Positions 1 through 13,900 of a stretch of 64,000 nucleotides of DNA are shown here, in pieces. This stretch comes from Chrysomallon squamiferum (lineage: Eukaryota; Animalia; Mollusca). The stretch is from assembly GCA_012295275.1 (NCBI GenBank), contig CM022665.1, positions 27,218,001 to 27,282,000 on the forward strand. The letters run 5' to 3'. How positions within the stretch are numbered: position 1 is the first letter of the stretch; each line of letters starts with the position of its first letter. The translations under genes and the position numbers were made by a program. The notes under the pieces were generated by a model, which saw only the letters and a list, made by a program, of their open reading frames with translations, was not told the DNA's origin and did no database searches.

Positions 1-2
1 AC

Positions 3-34
<32 letters not shown>

Positions 35-123
35 CTTCACCAAAAACAATGAAAAACCTTAAAATATGAAGAAAGCCAAAACAGTCTTCACCCATTTAAA
101 ATAAAACATTCTAGAACAACCAA

Positions 124-131
124 AAAGATAC
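124..131 (-). other. Probable U12-type (minor spliceosome) 5' splice site GTATCTTT
   Basis: Donor reads GTATCTTT, one base from the U12 consensus GTATCCTT and a poor match to U2 GTRAGT. Branch point and acceptor lie outside the window. Confidence 0.65.
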
Positions 132-190
132 ATCATGCATTGCAACCATGCTTCTAACCATATCCAGGGGGAAGCCATCAAAGGCAAACT
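132..190 (-). CDS. Calpain exon 13 (PEF domain, EF-hand 2 entry helix)
   Basis: ttttacag|[20 protein letters not shown]|gtatcttt; 59 nt, phase 1 to 0; matches the calpain DGF...RSMVA.D motif. Confidence 0.92.
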
Positions 191-2510
191 CTGTAAAAAT
201 AAAAAAATATAAAAAGTTATTTCGCTGAAATCAGAAGCTTTTAACATTTCTAAAAACATCTATATTTTTTAACAGGGTTTAATGCATTGTTAACACGATA
301 TATTAAAAACTGCACAAGAAGGTTTACAACTAACCATTGATATTCAATAAAACAATTTTTTTAAAGTAAACAAAGTTCTTATTTAATCTTATTATTGAAG
401 AAAAAATACAAAGTTTTCATAAAATGAAATGTTAAAAAATATCTAAATATAATACATATGAAGTTTTTATTTTAAAAAGGCATAATTGCAGTTTGCTGAG
501 AACAAGAACAGGTCTATACACCCCACCTCAGTTCTTTTCATTTCTCAATCTGTGTGCTGTTTCTCTCTAACTCTCCAATAAACAGATTTTTCATGCATAA
601 ATATTGTAAAGCATCTAATAACTAAGTTTGGCTAAAACCCTCTTCATAAATAAACTACTATCATGTATAAACTTCTTGTGTAATCAAGCTGAAATATAAC
701 AACATTCTTCAGCTGAAAGAAACAATGAAATTATCTACACTGGAAAAAACAAAACAATAATAATAATAATAATTAAAAAAAACAAAACAATAATAATAAT
801 AAAAAAAAAGTAAATATAACCCCCCCCCCCAAAAAACAACAACATACTGATCATAACATCATAAAATTAAAACAACACCTGCTTTTGTAGCAAAATTGTT
901 TCACACATCTTTAAATTTAAATGCTTTTAAACATATTTTAAGATCAATACTAGGATGTATACTACTGTAATAATTATTGCTGTATATAACTGAAGTGATA
1001 TGTACAACATCTGAATTTTACAATGGTTATATGTTGATGTACATAATTATTATACACTGAAATATACAGACATTATGAAGGAAACTGTTACTTGGCAAAC
1101 AGAGACATATTAAAAATACAACCAAGAATTTTCTGTTGAATTTAATGCGAAGAATATTTGTTTGTTTTTTAAATTGTTTAACACTATCTAAATGTGTCTT
1201 CAATCAGAAACAGTGACATAAATAAAAAGAGATTACGAAAGAAAGTTAAATCTTCATAAACTGATAAAAAAAAAAATTAACCTGATTACAAAAACTGTGC
1301 ATATATGTAAAAAATAAAAATAAAAACAAAAGCCTTCTTAGGCACAACAAATTAAAAAAAAAAAAATTTACATTACCTTTGGAAAGATGAAATAAAAATC
1401 TAACATCAAAAGGGTTAACATTGTTGAAATAATATCAGTATTATAGGCAGGTGATGTAAATACATTTATGTGATAAAATACTGGGTACATGTATAATTGT
1501 GCTGTTTATAATAAAATCATCTAGATATACATACACATATATTTAAATTATCAGCCATGCAGTATGTAAAATTATGAGCATTTCACATTTCAAAATTATC
1601 TCATAATGAAAGTACAGAATACAACAAACAAGATAATGTGCTCAATTTAACTGAAATATAAATACTGTTGTATATTTGAAAGAATATATATCATATTAAA
1701 TGAAAGATAAAACACCCATTTAGGTTATATATGAAATTACTGGGACTATATTTTATTGAAGGTAAATCTCATCAACACATTATTTACTGAAGGAGAGTAA
1801 AAAAAAATAGAGTAAAAATATGCTATTAAACCACAACAAAATGGTTTTAATTAATATTTCACATAGATAAATAAATAAATAAGATTATGAAATATGAAAT
1901 AAAAAGGAAAGGGAAAAAAATTATGAAATTATTATTTTAAATAACTGTGGTTAAAAATATATGCTAAAAATTTATTATTTTTAATTGTGTTCTTTTTTGA
2001 ATTCTGAAGCTGAATTTGTAAACCAATACCATTGCACCGTCACACATTAAAAAAAAAAAAAAAAAAAAATCTTAGGTTAGTCGGGTATTTACGTTTTACA
2101 GTGAAATGCCTAAGGGTACAGAATTCTAGTTGTCTATTAGAATGTGAACTAACACCAAGGACACTAAAATACATTTAAAGCAGAAATGAACCTCAATTTC
2201 TTACCAAGAAAGCCATCTGGCAAACAAACATACAGACAAGTTAAAAATATTATCACAAAATACACATCACAGAATAACTGATCACAATAATGAAAGACAA
2301 AGAATTAATGATCTTTATTATATTAAAAAATATTTCTGTTTATAAATATGTTAAAAGAAAAGTGACTGATTGGTACAAATAACTGTTGTCATTAGAGATA
2401 CACAATACACACACAGACAAACACACACATTTGAAAACTGATCCAGCCATCCACTGTATATGCAAATACATATTATTAATTAAATATACAGTATTCAACA
2501 ACAACAACAA

Positions 2511-2561
<51 letters not shown>

Positions 2562-5500
2562 CATTTTCCAAAATGACATATATGAAAAACTTATTTTTCA
2601 CAATATGTATGTATACGTATATAAACAAAATCAGAAACAATTAAATCATGCCAATAGTTAACATGCAATGTATTTCATGTGGATAATTAAATTTACTTTG
2701 TTAGATTATTAAAACATTTTTGAATGTTTACCTTGTCCTAGCATAATTTTACTTAAATGCACAATTTTTTATTTTTTTATTTTTTATTGTTAACTATAAC
2801 ATTAGTTTAAATAACTTGTAAATATTATGCACTGATTGGTAAAATGCTGTAAAAAAATAAATAAAAATTAAAAGTTTATGGGTTAATAATTATATTTTCT
2901 AAAGGATATCTAGCTCAATTTTAATTTGCAAGCAATTTAGACTTAATAAATTAAATGTACCAGTCCAATAAAAGAATATAAAAAAAGATTATCTGAAATC
3001 AAACTAAATAATCATTCATAAGAAGTTATCTTTAAAAATTCAGAATCCAGATGCCCAATGACTAATTTTCCATTTTAGATGGTTAGTTTTGTTGTCTAAA
3101 GTAAACTAAACATTAAGAAAATCACTAACAAACATGATTTTCATTCAGTCATTTAAATTTGAAGATAGCAAGATTAATACACTTTACTGTTAGTTTGTGT
3201 TTAACTACAGGTAAGCTTATCTTTAGTTTTCCTACTTTTCTAAGTAAAATGTACTTTTTTATGCAAGAAACAAAATACATAAGTATGATTGTGAAAATCT
3301 AAAAATCTATTACCTCATTAATGTATTGGTTTGCCTTTATGACATGTTATTTTTTCAATATGTCAGAAATTAAACTGTCTAACTGGACCAGCTGCTTAAC
3401 TTCAGTTATCAGTTTTCAGAGTAATAAAAGAAGGGGGCCACGTGTTTAAAAATTATACACAAACACCCCCATCAAACATTAATAAATCAAAAAATTAATA
3501 ATAATAAAAAATTAAATATTTTTGTGATCTCTAAACTTAATCATTCATCAAATCATTGAGATATCAAATAATGTGGTCTCTCTGCTCTGTGCTGAAGATA
3601 TTTGAAAATAATAGTTATTAATTCTGTTATCCTAAGTTTCAAATTAAAACAAAAAAATCTGACTGCTCCTTTCTCACCCCAAAAAAAAAAAAAAAAAAAA
3701 AAAAAAAAGAAAGAAAGAAAGGGGAAATACAATTTATCCAGACAGTAATAAGTAAATAAATAACTGAACTAAAGAAATGACTTAATAATGAAATTCATCA
3801 TATGTATATTATTTCATCAAATTTACGTATCTGATACTCTAAAGAGAAAAACGAAAATGAAACTATGGTAGAATGATACCATTTGGACATATTTTATTAC
3901 CTCTTGTGAAGACAGAGTTGAGGATGTCTCGGAGTTCATAAGCATCAATCTCCATGTCTTCGCCAGCTATTCTCTTAAAACTCTGTTTCAGAGAGTCTTC
4001 TTGGCTTTGTTCTTCATCAGATGGTGGTGGGGCTTCCTGAAACCATTTTATAAACAGATTATTATTATTCATTTATTTTATTAATTGAATGCTGTAAATT
4101 AAATTATTTCATTTGAATGAAAGAATGAAACTTTAATATCATTCAAAGATAAAACATACATTAACTAATGGATGTGAAGATATTAAAAATTTAGTCAGTT
4201 ATATGCTTGTATTAAAAAGCTAAAATTATAAAGCAAGATGAAGAAAACTGTATAACTGTGTTTTTTTTCCTGAATGAATGAGGTAACAACATGGTTAGAA
4301 AACAAATACATAATTACAACCTTGTTTTTGTTCGAATGAAACTGCACCATAATTATTTCATCATATATATAATACACACATGTTACCAATATTTCTGTAC
4401 TACTTACTTAAAAAAAAAGAAAAAAAAAAAGATTGAATATGGATATCTAATTATGGCCAAACAAACCAGTATAACTATAATGAGCCAGTATAACTAAATG
4501 CAACATTTTGTTTTCCAAAATGCAAATGGATTGAGAGGAAAATGAAACCATACTGTTGCTAATGACTTTAAAGACACCTGCAAAGCATAAAACAGTAAAC
4601 AGATATGCTTATCACATGTAGAAGAAAATAAATAAATGTACCTGACAAAATTCTTTTTCAAAAGTAAACAATTATTCAAACACAATATTTAGCAACCATA
4701 TATATATAAATATATAAATATATAGATAAAGTTATCTTATTTTTGGTCAAAAGAAAAATGTGTCTAATTAAAAAGTGGGGATATTATTGAAAAAAAAAAT
4801 AATATATATATATATATAAATTAAAACAATTATGATCTGTAAATTATCTTCTTTCAAAAACTGTATTAATAATTAATTCCATTAAGTAATGAAAGAAAAA
4901 AATAAACTCTTAAAAAAAAAAACACACTTAAAAACATTAAATCATGTTAACCATGAATGATTCTTTAAACAAAGTGATAACAAATCATGTCAAAGATGAT
5001 TTGAATAACAGTTCAATTATTCAAATGAAAAATATAACAATTAAAAAAAAAAAATCTTCTGTAGATAAATTTTGTAAGAGTTAAAACGGAAAGACAAACT
5101 AATTAAAACAAGCTTCAATACTTAATTTATCAGATTAGTATTTCAGGTTGAAAATAATACCTTTGTTAACTCTGTCTCTGAAACTCACCTTTCTTGCACA
5201 AAATGGTTATCTTTTCCTGTCTCACATCCTTATTCTCAGCTCTCTTGCACACACACACACAGACAGATTCTACTGACATGCTTTTACAAATGAACAATGG
5301 AGTTAAATACAAATTTAACACAGTGTAACATGCCAGTTCTGTTTAATGGTCAATAACATACAGTACCAAATGATGAATGCTTTTGCTTATAAATAATTCA
5401 ATAACGGCAATGAAACCTACACAATTAAAATGCATTTTTGATAAACTAATGATCAAATTAGATTTTAAATACTCTCAGTGTACTGCCAATTATTATGTAA

Positions 5501-6527
5501 GTGTTGGATCTGCGGAAGATTATTTTGGTTTGGAATACTTTAAAATATTTTGATGTTTTACTTACAGCATTTCAGTGGGTTTTTTTATTTTTTGTTATAG
5601 GAGGAAAATGGTGTGTAATTGTATGACTTGTATACTGCATGACATTTTCATTTATGCACATTTCTGGTAACATATTCCAAATATGTTTGTTTTCCTTTAG
5701 TTTATTCTTTTTAAATTCTTTAATTTTAAATTAATAATAATACCCCCCTCAAAAAAAAAAACCGAACAAAACCCCCCAAAAAACAGTAATTATAGTAAAA
5801 GTAAAACAAATATTAAAAATCATGCTGTATCAGTGAAATGAATTTCATTTCAAGATTAATGAAGAAAAATGGTCAAAGTTAAAAGAAAAATAATATATTT
5901 TCACAAATTCACACTTCGAAAGTTTTAGATACATATTAAAGAATTTCAAAAAAATGACAGTAAGTTTTGTAAGTTTGGAATTGAACAATACAATATAAGG
6001 TCACTTAATATGAACAGCAACTTACAACCCTTCTGGCAACCTGTACAATATGAAATGAATAATTGTATTAATAAATGAAGAAGTATTGTTTTGAAAGAAT
6101 AAATAAAAAACAAATAATAATAATGTATATATAACAGTATTTTGTTAGAATATTATTTTCAAAATGCTTATTAATTAAATGATAAATTTTAAAAGATGAT
6201 TTGTTTTTATATCTGTATAGTAATTTTGTATGAATACTGTTATTATCAGTATATTGTATTGGTAGAATATAATGTTGTAAATGAAAACTAATGAAAATGC
6301 TATATAACTAAATTTTATACAAGTCTAAATAATTACAAGATGTAAATCCATATGTTATCACATTTACAAAGGCTATTGATTTCCAAAAATAAATTAGATT
6401 TTTGTAAGCATAAAGATTTTATTTTTTGTTTTAAATATTCCATAATGGTTACAAAATACATGTTCAATGATTCAGGGAGCATGCATGTATAGATTATAAC
6501 ACCTATCTGAAACCACACACACACACT

Positions 6528-6573
<46 letters not shown>

Positions 6574-9500
6574 AACTTGTACATGTTAGAACCAATGAAT
6601 CCTGATTCACGTCTATGTGAAAGGTAAGAAAATACCTTCCCCGATGGAGGAACTGCTGCAGTAACGGGAACCGCTGGTGCGGCCACCACCTCACTGGGAT
6701 CAGTGCCAGTATGGTAGCCGTAAACCACCCATAAACAGAAGTAAACACTAGTTAGGCATTCAGTGCATTGATAAAAACAACAGTGAAATCACAAATACTG
6801 TGCATTATCTATCTACTGGAATTAAAACATCCAGTGCTACATTCAAAACCAAAGTGAAATTATAGGTTTTCCAACATTTAATTCATAACATATTCAGTTA
6901 CAATATATATATATATATGGGCTGTATTTAAAGCTGCATAGATTTGTACTAGGTAAGAAAATAATGTTATTACAAAAGTGGAGTTTTATTTAAAAAAATA
7001 TATATGCAGATAAATGTATTTTGGTACAAGATGTAAGCAAATAGCTAATATAATTAATATTTTATTATTTTTTGGTTAGGTTACAGAAGATATCAGTAGC
7101 TGAATTACTGTAAATTTACTTTTGGTTTTATTAAATTAACTTTTCTTTTCTGTTTAAAGCAGCTTTTCATTATATGGACAAATCTAAGAAACTTTAGATA
7201 TAGCCCTGAAATTAAGATATTAGGAACACAATGACAACATTTAGACTAAACTATGAGTACTCTATTCAGACCAAATTAATATTTTTAAACAGACAACACC
7301 AAAGAAAAAAAGAAAACTTTGATTCTAATAACAAAAACTAGAAATATTAAATTTACTTCTAGAAACATTTACAGATAATATTTGACAAATTTAAAAAAAA
7401 TAGAAACAATCCATGCAATGAAAAATATAATAGTATTAAAAAAAAACTAAAATAATAATTAAACATGTATTACTTCATAAAAGCAAATGAAAATTAAAAA
7501 AAAAGTGCTATTAGGCAAAATGATTGTAAAAAGTGCTGTTTACAAAATGAATAGCAATGATAATAAAACAAAAACATAGCTATGAAATTTAAAAACAAAT
7601 TTCATTATGTAAAGTCTCCAAACTCCAAACATAAAAAATAAAACATAAAATAAAATGGGGAACAATTTGTTACATACATGTTCAGTTATCATTTAGATTT
7701 ATTTTACTTTCTTCATTAAAATATAATTCTATGTAAGTAAATAAATATTTACATTTTAAATGATAAACAGAAAACTCATATATGTCATTTATACTCTTAC
7801 TTAACAAGGGAGATATGGTTTGACAATCATTCCCTGATATATGAATAGAAATTTTACAGTTTCATTTTGTGTGGGTAAATTTCACTTTATGACATGCATG
7901 TATGTTAGAACAATAAATATTTGGAAGATTTAACTGCTATCATATTTAAAACAATTTAAAACAATAATACAGAAATTAATATTTTATAAACATTCTTCAA
8001 CTGTGAGAAAAATAAATTAAGAAGAATGCCTCCAAAGACAGTATTAAGTGAAGATGACACAGAAAGAAATCACCCAAAGACTGAAATCCTTTAATTTAAG
8101 ACTTCTAATAATAAATATGAAATAAAACATTTTCCTTTCTGGGTTTTTTAACAGTGCTTCTATGAATTAAATTAGCACTACCTCATAATAAAGGACTGGA
8201 AATTAATGGTTGCAAGCAGATAAAATCATCCATATAATTTATGTTACCAGGTATCGCTGTATGTCAGATGAACTATTTGCACCTGTATATTTGATATTTA
8301 CCAAATTTGGGAAGTATTTCAAATTTAAATGCTAAATCTATCAAATTATATAAAGAAACACAAGATCATTAATTTAGTGATTTATATTTATAGTTATATA
8401 ATATAAATGCATATTTTGATATGGTCTAGCTGTGGAGTAAAAATGAAGAAATTTTTGAAATAATTGGAACTAAAAACAGAAAGAAATGAAATCAACAGTA
8501 TTGAACTGTTTGAATCTGTGCAGGGCAATGACTTTATAACAGCTGTCTTTTACTTAGATATATATGCTAATCTCAAGCTATTAGTTAGTTAATATTCACT
8601 GAAGCTTTATTAAAACAATATTATATTTTTCAAGGCAAAACAACACACTGAAGTTTAGTAAAATATTGTCACTCAAGGCATTTGTTAATTGATAAAATTC
8701 TCTGTAAAACATTTTTGAATTTTTTTGTTTCATCAAGACAATCCAAGTATAAAACAATATATTCAGCAAGCCAAGACATTTGTTAATAACAATCATCTGA
8801 AATGCAGACACTGAAACATTTTATTTGTATCACAGCTTAAGTTTAGTACTGAGACATGCCAAGGCCTGTGCTGATCCACACTCTCCTGAAAATAAATAGT
8901 TTTATTTTCACAGCACACTGGTTAAAATTAAATTAAACTCAACCATGCTTATGGCAGAACCCCTTAACAGTTCCAAAAAAATACAAGATAATGTCAGTCA
9001 TGCACACTCTGATGCCAACTTACTGATGACTGCATCTGTCTCTGAGGTACTGCAGCTCGCCGATGATGATGCTACATGATTGTACAAGTCAAATTAAAAT
9101 AATATAGTACATCAATGCAAAGTGCTTTACAGTTTTGAAAACAAAAATAATCTGTTATGTGAATATACCGGTATAAAACTTGTAACATTGTCAGTGTCCT
9201 TAAAAAACCTCATCTGAAATGTCTGGACAATCTTCTTGCACATAATACTTCTAACTGACATACTGTATTTATATTTACAGATAAACTCAAAATTTAATTA
9301 TATTGGTTAATAAGATATTTATATTGTCTTTTTCTTCAGATATCCTTTCAATATCAGAATTAGATATTCTTTTTAACATTCTGAAAAACTTGTAAAACAG
9401 AGATATGAGATTCATTAAGGACACTGAAAACATGCTGTTGGGGATACTGTGCAGTTAGGTTTCAAAAACTGATACAGTAATAGCCAGGTTCAAAATGAAT

Positions 9501-10911
9501 TTAAAAATTATTATTTAATAATTATAAAGACACTCTGCTTAACATGATATCATTTTAATAACTGAAATTAATTATAAATAAATAAATAAATAAATAAAAA
9601 TTAAAAAATTAAAAGTTGAAAAAAGATTAGAAAAATAAATGATAAAATGTAGAAAAAATACGAAAAAAAACATGTACTGCATATTATATCTGCTTAAGAA
9701 AATAAAAAAATCTCTTTTGGCTCTAGACATTCAGCTCAGTATAATGGCTGTAAATGTGGTCAGTTTCACAACAAAACCTAACAATAATGCACTTCACTGA
9801 GTTGTGTTGGAGTCCAGAGTTAAGAACATTAAATGTTGGTATGTGGTTATGAAATCAAATATATAAAGTATTATAAATAATGGCTGTCAGTACTAAATAT
9901 AAATAATGTACTATATCCAATGCAATTCAATACTTACGATACTACATAATATTCTCTAGATTACATATAAATGCTATATCCAATGCACTCAAAATTTATT
10001 AAACTTTTCTTCTTGGAATATAACAACTACAGTTTTAAAGAAATAAAAATAAAATAAATAAAACTATAAATTATAAAAAAATGCAAATTGTGCAATAAAA
10101 TGGTCCTTAAAATTAGATTTAAAAGTCAGATTCTGTTAATGCTTGTCTGTTTTTAATGTTTGTATCTGTATGTAAGTATGTAATGAATGTGTTACATTTA
10201 AAATAAACTTTGTGATACTGATTTATTCCGTTAAAGATTGAAAATAAGAAAATCTAATTCCAAGGACCACAGGGTAGGGTGAAGGATTACATAAATCAAA
10301 TTTACCATTTAGTGTAAAAATGATTACTGTATATTTTAAATTAGTTTATATTACTTACCACGTCATCTGAATAACCAGTTCTCTGATCCAAGGTTCTGAA
10401 AAAATAATAAAATTCATTTTCAAACATGCTTAAACAATAATATAATGAAGATGTATTTATTTACCTGTGGTTAATAACAACAAAGGAATTTTCAAAATTA
10501 AAAGTTCAATAATGACATTAAAGTATAATCTAGGTTTATACAACATTTAACTTAACAAAAAGTAAAGGAAAAAAAGATGAAAAATTATGAACTAAAAATG
10601 AACTGAGGATGATTAAAAAACATGCAAACTAAGATATAAAAAATAAATATTTTTTTAAGTTAAATAATCTCAACTGTTTCAAGAAAATATAATTTTAATG
10701 TTATACTTTTTGACATTAGTATGCTTTTAACATGTTTTTTCCAATTAATTAATTTGTTACAAATATTTAAAAATAAATTAAGAAAACTAAAATAAATATA
10801 TACGATGTGTTTTAATCTGTGTGTGTATGAGAATGTGCATGTACCATCTCTGTTTGTGTTTATTACTATAACTCAGTTGTTAAAAATGAAGAAAAAAAAA
10901 AAAAAAAAAAA

Positions 10912-10947
<36 letters not shown>

Positions 10948-13900
10948 AATAGATAAATAAAAAACAGATTATAAAAATCAAGAAAAGCAAACAATAAAAG
11001 AAGAGAGCACAAAATACAGAAAATGAAATGTTTAGGTATAAAATACATGCAAGCACAGAGAAAGAAAACAACTCATTTCAGTCTTGTAAGAGGAAATGTA
11101 ATTATTTAATTTATAAATGAAAAGCTGGGGGAAATGCTAACACAAAAACAATGGTAAAAACTGGCAAGCAGTAACAGTAAAAATCTGTAACTAGTCAGTT
11201 TGAAACTGAATTATTGTTGTGATTTTTTTTTTTTAAACAAAAATTATGATTTATCAACAAACTTATATTAGATAAATAAATAAATCAAATAAGTCAGAAG
11301 TTTTTATTATTATTTATTTATTTATCTACTGTATTTAAAGAAAAGGAGATTATCTTACATTTGACTGTAAGTAATGTACAAATTTTACAACTAGAAATAA
11401 TGTAAAAACTGTGCAAAATGCTGGTAGTTTTTCAAGTGATGAGGAACAACGTGTTTCAAAATATTTATCAAATTGTGTGCTTTGTGTCTGTCAAAAACAA
11501 ACAAAAATTAATTGGAATGCATTAAACCAAATGCATCTCCTGTTATATAATCAGAACTTTTGTTTTCTGTTTTAGACTAGTTGGGTTAAAGATTAAAATC
11601 ATTAAAACCTGGCCTAAGATTAGTAGATGTTAACATGCGTTTGCAATATCAAACCAAACAGATTCTTACCGCAATGCTTCGTCTCTGTGTAAATATTTAT
11701 ATTTTAGTTATATACGGTCTACTAATCATTATGTTTAATTTTAAAGGTTCGGTTTTGAAGTAATAGTTAACATGCAGGCACCAATGACAATATTTAAATT
11801 AAAAGTTGTATAAAATTCTAATGTAAGTAAGTATTAGTATACAAGTACCTATAAACCACATAATTGTAATTAAATAATAAGGTATGTACTGTATTGTAAT
11901 GTCATAACGCTGAATTGTCAATAAATACATTAGATAATAACAGGTATAAGCAGAAATCTGAATATGTTATTTTCTTTTTTCTTTTTCACAAATGGTTTTC
12001 CTACTCTTTTATATTTTAATATTTAGTTACAAATGTAAAAGATAATTTTCATCAGTTTAATAACACATTTTGCATCAAAATATCTGTGAATTTACAATAC
12101 AGTACATTAAAACAATAAAAGGTAGAAGCGGAACCACTACAACATAAAATACATAAACAGATACAACTAACAGCTATGATTAAAGACAAATATTAATGAA
12201 TAAATTAATTTAAAAATTTCTCAGAATTAACTGAAAATGCAAAACTAAAAAAAAGCTTGTTTATTTCTTTTAACCAATGAACAAAATGAAATGACATAAA
12301 AACTATTTACATGCTGAAAATAGTAACTTAAAACATTAGCCACTTTTTGTAACCATGCTTTCATCACTACTAACAACACTCTACATACCCTGCATCATTA
12401 GGTTTTTCTGTGAAGATTCGGAGTAAGAAGTGACCTTCATTGTTAGGTTCAAATGTTGAAGGAACAATGGCGTATGTGCCTGGAGGTAGTTTGTGTCGCC
12501 CACAAACCTCACGCATGTTGATAAATGTTGGCGACTTGGCCACTGATGCATTATACTTGAAGAAGGTTTCATCCAGAGGTCCTTGATTTTCATCTGTCAA
12601 CTAAATAACAAGAATGTCTCAAAAACAAATAAAAATCATCATTCATAATTTCCAATATAAGTGTTTCAATAAAGAATGTAAAAAGATATATATTAAAATA
12701 ATCTATTTTAAGCTAAATTTTAAAAGAATGTATTACTATAATGAATCAGATTCTGAGCTCAGATATTCTAGAATTATTAGTCAATTTACTTTTAATATAA
12801 TACTGACATTATTATTAAAGACATTCTTCAAATATAATTTCAAAAAGACATTTTCTGTGTGATTTTTAATTACAGATGATAATCTGAGTTGATGATTATT
12901 TGTGTAGAGAATAGTACTGTGATCAAACCTTGTAGATAACATAGCCGATGGTGAGCAGATCCAATCCTTCCTTCCTCTTCTTACGTCTGTCTTTCTGAAG
13001 AAGAGCTACAATCATTGTACACTGTTCTTCCTCGTCATCCTCATCAGGGTCAGTGAGAGTTATTCGGAACTGCGGGTTTGTCCAGAAAGTGGCTATAATT
13101 GATTGAGATAATAGGAAACAGAAAATGATGATTAATAAATTAGTAAATAGATATGTAAATAAAGAAAGAAAAGAAAACACAAATGATAAAATTGTCACAA
13201 TCTATTTTAAGCATAAAAAAGCTTTGATACGTATCCTTTCATTTTAAAACTTTACACTAGTCTTAACAGTAAGAATATTCAAGTTTGAATCTAAAGTTTT
13301 ATAAACAGGTGCATTCTCGACTGGCTAACAATAATAGCCCACTGAAATAATGATCCAGGGTTTATGTAAAAAATTTCTTCTACTGTATCATAACCCAAGG
13401 TGAGATTCTAAATATCTTCTGTATTTTTATTTTTTTGTTATTTTTTAAAATATATCATTTGGAAATTAAAAGCAGTGGTACATTTTGCCTTCATTATGTC
13501 CAGTGACCATGTTAACACATTTTGCTATTGGCCAGCAGGCTTCTGTTATTTCTATCAAATTATTTTATTAATAAATCATTGGTGAAAAACACTTTTTTTT
13601 ATATTTCTATTCTGCATCTGATACATACAGTACATATAGCTTTATAAACACAAAAGACTGAATAAATAAATTACAAACAAAATTAGGTTAAAAAATAATG
13701 CTGCTGACTTTCCCAGTTTCATTGCTTGCAACCATAAAGAAACTGATGTAAAAATCATTAACAGGTCTTCTTTGTTTTTCTGTGAGCCTTACTGGAATTT
13801 TTAAATGACAATAAACACAAATCTCCTTCTTATGCCTTTCATTAATTAATATAAATGTCTATCATTAGCTGGTCATGTGGAAGGAGAACATGTGACTAAC

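Noticed and set aside
9938-9955. 18-nt in-frame microexon candidate (RILCSI)
   Set aside because: Weak pyrimidine tract, AT-rich, and it lies inside a small local duplication (CTATATCCAATGCA at ~9911 and ~9974).
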